The notes under the pieces are model-generated. The model was not told where the DNA came from. It did no database searches and was given only the letters and a program-made list of their open reading frames with translations. From positions 7,092-71,091 of the forward strand of contig REDM01000178.1 in the NCBI GenBank assembly GCA_007693485.1: DNA of 64,000 nt. The letters are read 5' to 3'. Positions 1 to 9,577 of this stretch are shown here, in pieces; position 1 is the first letter of the stretch; each line of letters starts with the position of its first letter. Origin of the DNA: Spirochaetaceae bacterium (GTDB lineage: Bacteria; Spirochaetota; Spirochaetia; DSM-27196; PWMO01). A program made the translations under genes and the position numbers.

Positions 1-67
1 CGGCGAAGAGGCCGCCAAGCGCCGCGAGCAGGATGGGCGTCATGATCTCGACGCCGTTGAACATCAT
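1..67 (-). CDS. ABC transporter permease, second subunit (5' end only; runs off window)
   Basis: ATG overlaps the stop of the upstream permease (ATGA). It reads MMFNGVEIMTPILLAALGGLFA, the typical start of nucleoside/sugar ABC permeases. Confidence 0.75.
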   Translation of the reverse strand, partial: MMFNGVEIMTPILLAALGGLFA

Positions 68-1116
68 GGAGCGCTCCGCTCCCGATGCGCGCGTCGCAGC
101 TTCGGAAGGACTATCTCAGCGGTGATCAGGAAGAAGATCACCGCCTGGATGATGGCGGCAAGCTCAAAGGTGAACTCGGTCTGCAATCCGGCAACCCGGG
201 ATCCCGCTTCAAGGTAGGCAAAGACCAGGGCGGCAGGAATGATCAGCAGGGGATGGTTGCGGCCAATGAGTGCCACCGCGATCCCGTTCCAACCCAACCC
301 CGCGGTGAACCCTTCGATGGCCGCGTGATGGGTCCCCAGAACAAAGAATGCCCCGGCGAGTCCGTGAAACCCGCCTGAGACCGCCATCGGAAGCACCGTG
401 TACGCCCCAACGGCCACACCACCATACCGGGCGAACTCGCGGTTCAATCCCGTCATGCGAAGCTCATAGCCGCGAAGCGTGGAGAAGAGAAACCCGTGAG
501 CGAGCACGGCGAGGAGTACCGCGGCGCCAACCGACACGTTCAGCGTGGACGGGGGAAGCAGACGCAGAAATCGAAACTGCTCTGCCACCCGCACCGTTGT
601 CATCAGGTTGCTGTCCGGATTGCGAAGCGGCCCAACAATCAGAAAGTTCACCGTTGGAACCAGCGCGGCCGAGATGAGAAACGAGGTGATCAGTTCGTCG
701 GTCCCCCAGGCCCAGCGAAAGAGCCCGGACAGTCCCGCAAGAAGGGCCGCCACCAGAACCGCCGCACCCGTTGCCGCAAGAATTCCGATGGGTGCCGGTG
801 CGGTGGGCATCGAGAGCGCAACAACCGCCGTGGTCAGCGCCGCAATGTAGACCTGTCCCTCACCCCCGAGGTTGAACACCCCGGCGCGAAACGCCGCGCA
901 GACACCGAGCCCCACCAGAATCAGAAGACCGAAGGTGTCGATCATATTCCCAAAGAAGAAGCGGTTGGAGAACGGCCCCAAGAAAAACGAGGTGAGGGCG
1001 CGGGCGGGGTTGGGGCTCCCAATTGCCAGTAGAATCACCGTAACCAGAATCGCGGCGGAAACCGCCACCAGGGTTCCGGCTGCACGGCGCGGAGCGGTCA
1101 TCGGTTGCTCGCTCAT
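64..1116 (-). CDS. nucleoside/sugar ABC transporter permease
   Basis: Hydrophobic 350 aa protein with FRAGVFNLGGEGQ and GLGWNGIAVALIGRNHP motifs; coupled to the ATPase. Confidence 0.9.
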   Translation of the reverse strand: MSEQPMTAPRRAAGTLVAVSAAILVTVILLAIGSPNPARALTSFFLGPFSNRFFFGNMIDTFGLLILVGLGVCAAFRAGVFNLGGEGQVYIAALTTAVVALSMPTAPAPIGILAATGAAVLVAALLAGLSGLFRWAWGTDELITSFLISAALVPTVNFLIVGPLRNPDSNLMTTVRVAEQFRFLRLLPPSTLNVSVGAAVLLAVLAHGFLFSTLRGYELRMTGLNREFARYGGVAVGAYTVLPMAVSGGFHGLAGAFFVLGTHHAAIEGFTAGLGWNGIAVALIGRNHPLLIIPAALVFAYLEAGSRVAGLQTEFTFELAAIIQAVIFFLITAEIVLPKLRRAHRERSAP

Positions 1117-2678
1117 ACGCCGGCGCCTTCTCGCTCAACGCCGAGCATGAACTCGCCGATTCGCTCCCGGGTCCGTTCGTTGGCTTCGAGCATGGCGGCG
1201 ATGCGTCCGCGAAACATCACGGCGATGCGGTCCGACATGCTCAAGATTTCGTCAATGTCGGCGGAGATCAGGATGACCACGGCCCCCTCGGACCGCAGCG
1301 CGTCCATCTCTTCGTAGACCCGATTGCGCGAGCGGATGTCGAGGCCCCAGCTGGGCTCGGAGAATACCACCACGAGGCGCCGCCCGGAAAGCTCGCGGGA
1401 GAGAATCACCTTCTGAATATTCCCCCCGGAAAGACGGCGCATCGGCTGGTGGAGGGGGCCTGCGATGTCATACCGGAGCTTGAGTTTTTCAGCAAACTGT
1501 TCGACGGCCTTTCGCCGCAGCAGTCCTCCGCTCTGCAGTCCCTTTCGATGGAGCAGAATCAGGTTTTCGGCCACCGACGAGTCCATGCTCGACCCGCGAA
1601 GGATGCGATCGGTGGGGATGTAGGAGATGCCGATACGGCGAAAATGGCGCGGCGTATACCGGGCAACGGGAATCCCGTTGAGCAGGATGGTACCGGAGTC
1701 GGGTGCAATGGTCCCCGAGAGCACCTCTTCCAGAAACTCGAGTCCGTTCTCGCGGATGCCGGTTACCCCGAGAATGGTGCCTGATGTGGCCGTCAGGGTA
1801 ATTCGATTCAGCACCGGAAGGTCCCCCGCATGGACGGTCACGTCGCGGAGCTCAAGGGTCGACTGGGGAGGGCCGCCCGGAGATGATGGAAGGATGCGCC
1901 GATCGAGTTCGGTTACCTGGCAGTCCTCTCCCAGCATCATGGAGGCAATTTCGGCGGCGGTGGTCTCGCGGCGGTCAACCGTGGCCACCACGGCGCCGGC
2001 GCGCATGACGGTCACGCGATCGGCGATCTGCATCACCTCCTTGAGCTTGTGGGTAATCAGGACTACCGCGATTCCATCGGCAGCAAGCATGCGAAGCGCG
2101 GCAAACAGCTGTTCCACCTCCGGCTCGGTGCACGGGGCAGTCGGTTCGTCCAGAATGAGCAGGCGCGGCGCGCGCAGCAGCGCCCCGAGGACCGCCACAA
2201 AGTGCAGACGGCTCGCGGCCAGTCGATCCATGCGCGCATCGGGGTCGACCGCGATGCCGTATTTCTCGGCGGTGCGCCGGATCTCGGCCAGGGCGGCCGT
2301 GCGGTCCAGCGCACCGATTCGGGTGGTCCACTCCGATCCCAGAGCGAGGTTCTCCCAGACCCGAAAGAAGGGTACAAAGGGCGGATGCTGGTGTACCATC
2401 ACTACGCCGCGCGCGATTGCATCGGCAGGGGCGGTAAACCGCACGGCCACCCCATCGATTTCGATCTCACCGGAAGTAGGGGGGCGGTACCCGGAAAGTA
2501 CGTGCATCAGGGTGGATTTCCCCGCACCGTTCTCACCCACGAGGGCATGGACCTCGCCCGATCGGATCGAGAGCGACACCGAATCGTTGGCGAGCACCTG
2601 GTTCTCGGGAAACCAGGTGGAAACATCGTTCATGCGGACGAGCATGCGGGCGAGGACGGGCTCGGGGGTATCTATCAT
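1113..2678 (-). CDS. sugar/nucleoside ABC transporter ATP-binding protein (two ABC domains)
   Basis: Walker A GENGAGKS, LILDEPT, second-domain LSGGNIQK. Confidence 0.93.
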   Translation of the reverse strand: MIDTPEPVLARMLVRMNDVSTWFPENQVLANDSVSLSIRSGEVHALVGENGAGKSTLMHVLSGYRPPTSGEIEIDGVAVRFTAPADAIARGVVMVHQHPPFVPFFRVWENLALGSEWTTRIGALDRTAALAEIRRTAEKYGIAVDPDARMDRLAASRLHFVAVLGALLRAPRLLILDEPTAPCTEPEVEQLFAALRMLAADGIAVVLITHKLKEVMQIADRVTVMRAGAVVATVDRRETTAAEIASMMLGEDCQVTELDRRILPSSPGGPPQSTLELRDVTVHAGDLPVLNRITLTATSGTILGVTGIRENGLEFLEEVLSGTIAPDSGTILLNGIPVARYTPRHFRRIGISYIPTDRILRGSSMDSSVAENLILLHRKGLQSGGLLRRKAVEQFAEKLKLRYDIAGPLHQPMRRLSGGNIQKVILSRELSGRRLVVVFSEPSWGLDIRSRNRVYEEMDALRSEGAVVILISADIDEILSMSDRIAVMFRGRIAAMLEANERTRERIGEFMLGVEREGAGV

Positions 2679-3736
2679 CAGAACTGTGTCGGCATCTCCA
2701 GGACCAGATCGCTGGTGCGCAATCGCTGGATCATGGCAGCGAGCCGGTTGCGGACGGCTTCGGGGACGTCGCGCTGAAAGAGACGGTGCTCGGTGTCAAA
2801 ATCCACAAATCCGTCGGCCACGCCCAGCACTTCTCCCCGGCCAAACTCGAGCGTTCCGTCAATCGCCTGAAGGACGCGCTGGTGGGCCGCGCGGTCGAGC
2901 CGCACGAGGGTACTCCCAATGACAATGCCGGCGGCCTCGTCGTAGCCGGACGAGTCGTACCAGAGTACGTAGGCCCCCTTGGTCCGGGCCGCGGCGATCA
3001 CTCCCTGGTTTCCGCCACCGGCAATGGTCAGAATGACATCGGCACCGGTATCGATCATGCTGTTGGCGAGTTCGGTGGCCGCGGCGGCGTCAAACCAGTT
3101 TCCCAGCACCCGGAAATCTACCTGACCCGAAGGCTCAACCGATTGCAGGCCGAGTTGAAAGGCGGGGCGGATGACCCGGTTCATGATCGGGTATTCCTGG
3201 CCTGCAAGCAGACCGGCGCGGGCACCCGGGCGGGCGTTGGGCATCGAGCTGCTGCTCACCAGCCCGGCAAAGTATCCGGACAGAAATGCCTGTTCCCGCT
3301 GGTTGAAGAGCACCGTCGCGACCGAGGGATTCCCCGACAGATAGCCGTCGAGTACCAGGAAGCGCTGATTGGGGAAGCTCTGTGAGACTTCGTCGGCAAT
3401 CTCCGGCATGGAAGGGTTGGAGGTGACGATGAGGTCGTGCTCACCCGAGGCGGCAAGTGCGGTCATGCTCTGCGGCCATTGCGCCTGGTTAAAGCCGCCT
3501 TCGATCACGCGCACCTCGGTTCCGGGACGCTCCTCGGCGGCTCGGCGCACTCCGGCGACGAGCATCTCGTAGGTGGGGCTTCCCTCAACCACGCCGGGAA
3601 CAAAGACGGCAATCCGAAACTGTGCGTCGTCCGGCGTTTCCCGCGAACCCAGCGCCGCGAGGGGCAGGGCCGTGGTCGCCAGCAACGCCACCGCAATACA
3701 TATCGTGAAGTGTCGATTCAAACGGGAATATGTCAT
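2678..3736 (-). CDS. BMP-family ABC substrate-binding protein
   Basis: Signal peptide, BMP-like segments (FNQREQAFLSGYFAG, GADVILTIAGGGNQGV), first gene of the ABC operon. Confidence 0.85.
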   Translation of the reverse strand: MTYSRLNRHFTICIAVALLATTALPLAALGSRETPDDAQFRIAVFVPGVVEGSPTYEMLVAGVRRAAEERPGTEVRVIEGGFNQAQWPQSMTALAASGEHDLIVTSNPSMPEIADEVSQSFPNQRFLVLDGYLSGNPSVATVLFNQREQAFLSGYFAGLVSSSSMPNARPGARAGLLAGQEYPIMNRVIRPAFQLGLQSVEPSGQVDFRVLGNWFDAAAATELANSMIDTGADVILTIAGGGNQGVIAAARTKGAYVLWYDSSGYDEAAGIVIGSTLVRLDRAAHQRVLQAIDGTLEFGRGEVLGVADGFVDFDTEHRLFQRDVPEAVRNRLAAMIQRLRTSDLVLEMPTQF

Positions 3737-3898
3737 GAGGAAGAGCCTCCCTGGTGTAGAATGAAGACGACCTCCATACTACTCCAATCACCGCCAATGG
3801 AGAAGTAGAGGGCGACTCGAGTTGACCCGGTTTCGCCGCCCATGATAGGTTCACCACGCTCGCCGGACGGTGCGAGCCTGCACTTCAGGGAGATTTCC

Positions 3899-5311
3899 GT
3901 GTCCGACCACAGCCACAACGATCGTTCGGCCACGCTGCTCTGCGTTGATGTCGGGACATCGGCGATCAAGGCTGCCCTCATGCGCTACGACGGAACCTGT
4001 GCCCACTTCGAGTACGAGCGACTCCCCGTCGAGGCGCACGACGCCGATCGCTTCACTGCCGGGCTCTGGATGACCCACTTTTCCCGTCTGCTGCGCCGGA
4101 TGATGGGACGGGAAACCATCACCGGGGTGGTAATCAGTGGAAACGGGCCAACGATTGTCGCGGTGGACCGAAAGGGACGGGAAGTGGAGCCGGTCATGCT
4201 CTGGTTCGACGGGCGGGAGCTGCGGATCTCCGGTGAGCCCTCCTTCTTCCTTCCCAAAATCGCCTGGTTTGCCGAGACCTTTCCGCGTCGGTTTGCGTCG
4301 GTCGCCCTGCTGCTCTCCTGTCCCGAGTATCTGAGCTATCGGCTCACCGGTGAGGCGTGTACCATCTCACCGTCCGACGAGTTTTCTTCCTTTATCTGGA
4401 CACCGGACGGGATCGCCCGCTATGGATTGGATCCATCCCTGTTCCCGCCGATCGTCTCGTGCGGTACCGTGATTGGTGCGGTCCAACCGGCGATTGCCGC
4501 GGAGCTGGGAATCCCCGACGGGGTGCCCGTGATTGCCGGCGGCTCGGACTTCCTGATGAGCCTACTAGGCACGGCAACGGTGCTCCCCGGGCGCACCTGC
4601 GACCGCGCCGGCACCTCTGAAGGCATCAACCACTGCAGCGCCACCGTGGTTGACGATCCGCGGCTGCGCTGCCTTCCCCACGCGGTGGCGGGGCGGTACA
4701 ACGTGGCGGGCATTCTCTCGTCCACGGGTCGGATCTTCGAGTGGTTCCGCGAGATCTCGGGACAGACCTCGGTTGCCTACGCCGACATACTCGAGGCGAT
4801 CACGGCTCTTCCCTTCGACCGGCACATTCCCTGGTTTTTTCCCTCCATGCACCGCGGTGCCGCGTGGGAGTTCAGCCGCGGGATGTTCATCGAGCTCGGC
4901 GCACAGCACGGCGTCGCGGAGATGGGACGCGCGGTGGTCGAGTCCATCGGCTACGCGGTGCGCGAAAGCGTGGACATCCTTGAGGAGAACGGCTGCGCAA
5001 TTGATGAGCTGCGGGTATCCGGAGGCCAGGCAAAAAACGGCCCGTGGAACCAGATGAAGGCCGACATGATCGGCAAGCCGATCATCGTCGGGCAGATTGC
5101 CGACGCGGAGATCGTGGGCAACGCGTGTGCGGGGCTGGTTGGTCTTGGTCGATACGCTCGCCTCGATGAGGCGGCCGAGGCGCTCTATCGGGTATCGGCG
5201 CGCTACGAGCCCGACCCTGCGCGCCACCGCCGCTACCGCGACGGCTACGACCGGTATCAGCAGGCGTACGCTGCGTTTCGCCGCGCACTCGCAGACACGG
5301 GGTCACCATAG
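3899..5311 (+). CDS. FGGY-family carbohydrate kinase (xylulokinase-like)
   Basis: N-terminal CVDVGTSAIKA, VIAGGSD and LRVSGGQAKN motifs. GTG start chosen after the GGGGAG SD. Confidence 0.85.
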   Translation: MSDHSHNDRSATLLCVDVGTSAIKAALMRYDGTCAHFEYERLPVEAHDADRFTAGLWMTHFSRLLRRMMGRETITGVVISGNGPTIVAVDRKGREVEPVMLWFDGRELRISGEPSFFLPKIAWFAETFPRRFASVALLLSCPEYLSYRLTGEACTISPSDEFSSFIWTPDGIARYGLDPSLFPPIVSCGTVIGAVQPAIAAELGIPDGVPVIAGGSDFLMSLLGTATVLPGRTCDRAGTSEGINHCSATVVDDPRLRCLPHAVAGRYNVAGILSSTGRIFEWFREISGQTSVAYADILEAITALPFDRHIPWFFPSMHRGAAWEFSRGMFIELGAQHGVAEMGRAVVESIGYAVRESVDILEENGCAIDELRVSGGQAKNGPWNQMKADMIGKPIIVGQIADAEIVGNACAGLVGLGRYARLDEAAEALYRVSARYEPDPARHRRYRDGYDRYQQAYAAFRRALADTGSP

Positions 5312-5315
5312 GCCG

Positions 5316-8300
5316 TCAGGGCGATTCCATCAGATAGCGCAGATAACACTCGCGTACGAAGGATCGGGTTGACCCAAGCTCATCGTAGAAATCTCCCTCC
5401 AACGACATCGCGCGCTTCATGCGTTTGGCAAGCGCCGTTCTCAGCTCGGGGCTCGACGGGAGTCGGTGAACCTGGCGGTCTTCAAGAATCTGCAGAAAGT
5501 GTTCCACGCGTCGCAGCAGCACGTAGGCGTGACTCAGACGCTGCGCGGTTGCCGTATCCAGCGAACCGTGTTCGGCGAGCGCGGCCAGCGCCTGCAGGGT
5601 GTTACCCGAGAGCAGCGCGTCACCGGACCGACCATGGATCATCTGCAGCCCCTGAACCAGAAACTCAATATCGCGAATGCCCCCAACTCCGTTCTTGACG
5701 TCGTTGTCCGTATCGGAGCGGTCCACCGCGGTATCGCGAAGCGACGAGATGGACGCCCGGATCTGCTCGGGGGAGCCGGAAGCAAAAAAGGCGGGTTTTA
5801 CCGCTTCCAGGAACGACCACCCCACCGGGAGGGCACCGGCAATTGGGCGAAGTTTGAGCAGCGCCTGGTGCTCCCAGAGGGACGCATTCTGTTCGTAGTA
5901 GCGAATCAGAGACGCGGTCGGCTGGGCGAGGGTGCCGGACGAGCCGAAGGGGCGCAGGCGCAGATCCACGCGATAGAGGTAGCCTTCCGCGGTGTGGTTG
6001 GAGAGCGCGGCGCGCAGCTGCATCATGACCGTATCAAACAGCCGCTGATCGCGCGCGCGGTTGGCTTCCGGCCCCGGGTCAAAAAGGGCAAGCAGGTCGA
6101 TGTCCGAGCTGTAGTTGAGCTCTCCGCCCCCCAGTTTGCCGAAGGCAAGCACGCAGAACCGCTCGCGCTCGTCCGGTCGGTCCGACGCGCTCCAGATTCG
6201 GTCCAGGGCCACCCGGGTCAGGGCGCAGGCCAGATCGGACAACTCGGCGGTAATCTCGGCGAGCGGGGCGTGCAGACAGATGTCGCGGGTACCAATCCGC
6301 AGGACCTCGCGGCGACGAAACCGGCGGAGCGCGTCGAGCCAGTCTTCATCATTGAGGTTGCGATCGACCACCGCCTGAAGATCGAGAAGGAACTCATCGA
6401 GCGTGCGCGCCCGACGGACCACTTCATACGCGGTTGCCCACTCGAGGAAGTCCGGATTCTGGATCAGGGTGTCGGAGAGAAACTGGCTTCCGGCAAAGAT
6501 GGCGATCAGGATGCGAAGGCGTTGCGGTTGAGTCTGCAGTTGCCGAAGGTGTTCCTCCGGGTTCTCGATTGCCTCAACAAAGGTCTCCCAGTTATTCAGC
6601 GCCATGTCCGGGTCTGGGCAGGCACGCACCACATCCCAGGCGAGAATGGCAAGCTCGGCAAAGAGGAACTGCCGGTCGCCTTCCCCGGCGAGGCCGCTCC
6701 AGTTTCGATACGCCCGCTGGATGTTGGTAAAGCCCCCGGCGCTGAGGATGGCCTCTTTGCGCTGGTCGTCTATATCCTCGGTAAGAATCAGGTCGGCGAT
6801 GTTGCCGGTTGCACTCCCGGGCAGCGCATCACGACCGAGCTCTCGCTCCACAAATGCGCGCACATCAGCCGATCGCGCTTCAAACTCCATGTGCAGCTGC
6901 TCGGCGGGGGAGAGTTCTCCGCGGGTCTGGTACCCCATGCGCCGCGCAAGGTGGAGGTACTCCAGCGAGTCAAGCTCCGGAAGAAAAAGGTCCTGGGCGT
7001 TGCCGCGCAGCATGCGTAGTCCGTTGATCAGAATGCGGAAAAACCGGTACGCGGCAACCAGTCGTGCCGCGTACTGCTCGTGCATGCGTCCCGCTTCAAC
7101 CAGTGCGTGCAGCGCGCGGTGAATCCGTGGCGTTCGGAGGGCGCGGTTTGTGCATCCGTGAATCACTTGTAGAATCTGTACGCTGTACTCGAGGTCAACC
7201 AGTCCGCCGGGGCTGAACTTGGCGTTGAGCCGTCCCTCCGCACTCTTTTCCTGCAGCTGCAGCGCCCGGAGTCGCTTCAATTCGGGCAGATCGATCGATT
7301 GGCCCGAATAGATCAGATCATCGCGGATGCTCTGTACGTGTTTTGCCAGTTCGCGGTCGCCGCCGATGCGCCGCATGCGAACCAGAGCGAGTCGTTCGAG
7401 AGCCACCGCTTCGCGGCTGTAGTAACGGGCAAACGAAGCCAGACTTACTGCAACCGGACCGGCGTTTCCATGGGGACGCAGACGCAGGTCAATATGGAAA
7501 ATTCCTTCGCGTTTTGCCTCTATGAGCGAGACCGCTTCCTGGAACATTCTGTTGAAATACTCCCGGTTCTCGATGGACTCCGAACCGTCGGTGCGCCCGT
7601 CGTCAGAGTAGAGAAACATCAGTTCGATGTCGGACGCGTACCCCAGCGCCTCTCCGCCCAGCTTTCCCAGCCCCATGACCGCCCAGGATGCGGGGAGTCC
7701 CGCCACGCTGCGAGGGGTACCGTAGCGCTCTGTGGCCTCCTGCACTGCGATGTCGAGCGCCGCGTTCACAATTGCCTCAGCAAGCGCGGTGAGCCGGGTA
7801 CTGAGGAAAAAAAACTCAAGCGAGGGATTCCGAATGTGGTCCAGATCGATGAGGTAGTTCTGGTTGTCCTTGAAATCGTTCAGGGCGCTTCGTTTCTGGT
7901 CCCGGGTGGTCTTGTCCGCGAGCACCCGTTGCAGCGACTCGGTCATCTGCTCGGGCTCCAGGCTCAGCAGCGTTTCACTGTCCGAGGGGTCGAGCATGGG
8001 AAGTACCGTTTCATACTGCAAGCGCAGGAAGTCTTCCCACAGGTAGTCGCTTGCGCCGAGCAGACGTGCCAGGTCCTGAAGGACTTTGGGGCTGGAGAGA
8101 AGGCTTCCGATGGTTCCCTGGCGAGAGAGGTGAATGAAGTCCTGGATCATCGTCTCAAATCGTTGCAACGAGCGGTAGGGGTCGGGCGATTGATGGAGGA
8201 AGTAGGTGAACTGCTTGGTAAAGGCAACCGAAAGGCGCAACTGGTTCAGCCACTGTTCGTCCTGCACCGCAGCGCCGGTGGCGTCAACCAGATCAAAACT

Positions 8301-9140
8301 GTCTTCGATGCGCCGGCCATTGGTTCGAATCTCCACGTGTTCGATTGATAGTCCGTGCAGGGCAATCGCACTGCTGAGGGCGTAGAGAAAAAACGGCGTG
8401 TCCTCGGAGAGGATCTTCATGCGGGTGGTTTCGGTTACGGCTGTATCAAACTCTACGTCCACCGGGTAGAGGATCCGCTCTGCCTGGATGGTCGACTCGG
8501 CGAGCGCTTCGACCACAAGCTCGTTGATCGCCTGCTTCGCGGCTTCCAGACTCTCGGCAGTATTGCGATGCAGCAGAGGAATAAAGCGCCCGAGTTCAGC
8601 CTCAAAGCGCGCAAGCCATTCGTTCGCCGGTTCACGGATCCGTCCCGTGAAGCTGTCGACAATAATCCGTTTCCCACGCCCGCTGGTGCGGTCGGTCGCT
8701 TTCAGCCGCTGATGCTGCAGGTAGCGTGCGCGCGAGTCACGGTTGGGAAACACCCTGCGCAGCTCCCGTTGGTCGATTTCCTGAGCGGGATCATCGGTTG
8801 CGTCTGCGCCTGTACGCGAGGTGTAGATGTCACCGGCGGTCACGTTGAACCCGGTAGCGGCGAGTACGCCGGTCAGCACCGAGAACTCAGCAGCGTAATC
8901 CCACGCAACCACCGTTACCGTTACCTCGGACTCACCGTCGCCGGTGTGTGGGCCCTTTGTCATCGAGAGGCGAAAGAGTCGCTCGCCGTCGAGGCTCGCG
9001 GCCAGGGTGAGGTGATCGGCAATTTCCTGCGGGGGGCGCTCGGCGGTATACCGCTCCGGCATGGTCTCGAGCCAGTTCTGTACCCGCTCGCGGGGCAGGT
9101 CAGGTACGAGTCGGGCGATCGCTTCTTCTGCGGGTTGCAT
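5316..9140 (-). CDS. glnE: glutamine synthetase adenylyltransferase with N-terminal tandem ACT domains
   Basis: Two nucleotidyltransferase domains (GLGKLGGEALGYASDIEL...DLRLRPHG; AFGKLGGGELNYSSDIDL...DLRLRPFG) and KNGVGGIRDIEF. N-terminal ACT-like segments. Start set at MQPAEE. Confidence 0.88.
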   Translation of the reverse strand: MQPAEEAIARLVPDLPRERVQNWLETMPERYTAERPPQEIADHLTLAASLDGERLFRLSMTKGPHTGDGESEVTVTVVAWDYAAEFSVLTGVLAATGFNVTAGDIYTSRTGADATDDPAQEIDQRELRRVFPNRDSRARYLQHQRLKATDRTSGRGKRIIVDSFTGRIREPANEWLARFEAELGRFIPLLHRNTAESLEAAKQAINELVVEALAESTIQAERILYPVDVEFDTAVTETTRMKILSEDTPFFLYALSSAIALHGLSIEHVEIRTNGRRIEDSFDLVDATGAAVQDEQWLNQLRLSVAFTKQFTYFLHQSPDPYRSLQRFETMIQDFIHLSRQGTIGSLLSSPKVLQDLARLLGASDYLWEDFLRLQYETVLPMLDPSDSETLLSLEPEQMTESLQRVLADKTTRDQKRSALNDFKDNQNYLIDLDHIRNPSLEFFFLSTRLTALAEAIVNAALDIAVQEATERYGTPRSVAGLPASWAVMGLGKLGGEALGYASDIELMFLYSDDGRTDGSESIENREYFNRMFQEAVSLIEAKREGIFHIDLRLRPHGNAGPVAVSLASFARYYSREAVALERLALVRMRRIGGDRELAKHVQSIRDDLIYSGQSIDLPELKRLRALQLQEKSAEGRLNAKFSPGGLVDLEYSVQILQVIHGCTNRALRTPRIHRALHALVEAGRMHEQYAARLVAAYRFFRILINGLRMLRGNAQDLFLPELDSLEYLHLARRMGYQTRGELSPAEQLHMEFEARSADVRAFVERELGRDALPGSATGNIADLILTEDIDDQRKEAILSAGGFTNIQRAYRNWSGLAGEGDRQFLFAELAILAWDVVRACPDPDMALNNWETFVEAIENPEEHLRQLQTQPQRLRILIAIFAGSQFLSDTLIQNPDFLEWATAYEVVRRARTLDEFLLDLQAVVDRNLNDEDWLDALRRFRRREVLRIGTRDICLHAPLAEITAELSDLACALTRVALDRIWSASDRPDERERFCVLAFGKLGGGELNYSSDIDLLALFDPGPEANRARDQRLFDTVMMQLRAALSNHTAEGYLYRVDLRLRPFGSSGTLAQPTASLIRYYEQNASLWEHQALLKLRPIAGALPVGWSFLEAVKPAFFASGSPEQIRASISSLRDTAVDRSDTDNDVKNGVGGIRDIEFLVQGLQMIHGRSGDALLSGNTLQALAALAEHGSLDTATAQRLSHAYVLLRRVEHFLQILEDRQVHRLPSSPELRTALAKRMKRAMSLEGDFYDELGSTRSFVRECYLRYLMESP

Positions 9141-9148
9141 ACCCGTGC

Positions 9149-9177
9149 ACTCTACAAAAAAACGGCGCGAAGGACAA
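9149..9177 (-). promoter_or_regulatory. candidate sigma70 promoter for glnE (TTGTCC-N17-TAGAGT), embedded in the terminator
   Basis: Hexamers with 17-nt spacing; ATG lies 8 nt after the -10 and there is no SD. Confidence 0.4.
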
Positions 9178-9192
9178 AGGCCCTTCGCGCCG
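9156..9192 (-). terminator. intrinsic terminator after the P-II gene
   Basis: 11-bp stem CGGCGCGAAGG/CCTTCGCGCCG followed by T7 on the minus strand. Confidence 0.8.
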
Positions 9193-9223
9193 GGTGTGTG
9201 ATATGAGCGAAACCAGCTGAGCG

Positions 9224-9565
9224 TCAGCCGATCGCTTCTTTTCCTTTCTCCCCGCTTCGGATGCGGATGCAATCCTCAAGCGGCAGTACAAAGATCTTGC
9301 CGTCACCGATCTCTCCGGTTCGCGCTCCGCGAATCACGGCGTCAATGGTGGTCTGGACAAAGTCGTCGTTCACGGCGATCTCGATGCGCGTCTTCTTCAG
9401 AAGATTCACCTCGATGTCAACGCCGCGGTACGATTCGGTGTACCCCTTCTGCTGTCCGCAGCCAAGGGAGTTTGTCACCGACATCTTGAAGACCTCCGAC
9501 TTGTACAGCTCTTCTTTTACGTCGTTCAGCTTGTGCGGCTGAATGTATGCGATGATCAGTTTCAT
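9224..9565 (-). CDS. glnK: P-II nitrogen regulatory protein (GlnK-like; residue 51 is Ile)
   Basis: GxGQQKG, YRG and [14 protein letters not shown] motifs; adjacent to amtB. Confidence 0.92.
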   Translation of the reverse strand: MKLIIAYIQPHKLNDVKEELYKSEVFKMSVTNSLGCGQQKGYTESYRGVDIEVNLLKKTRIEIAVNDDFVQTTIDAVIRGARTGEIGDGKIFVLPLEDCIRIRSGEKGKEAIG

Positions 9566-9577
9566 TGCCACTCTCCC

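Noticed and set aside
5466-9206. Long plus-strand ORFs (517, 349 and 283 aa) opposite glnE
   Set aside because: Antisense frames kept open by high-GC codon bias; no motifs.
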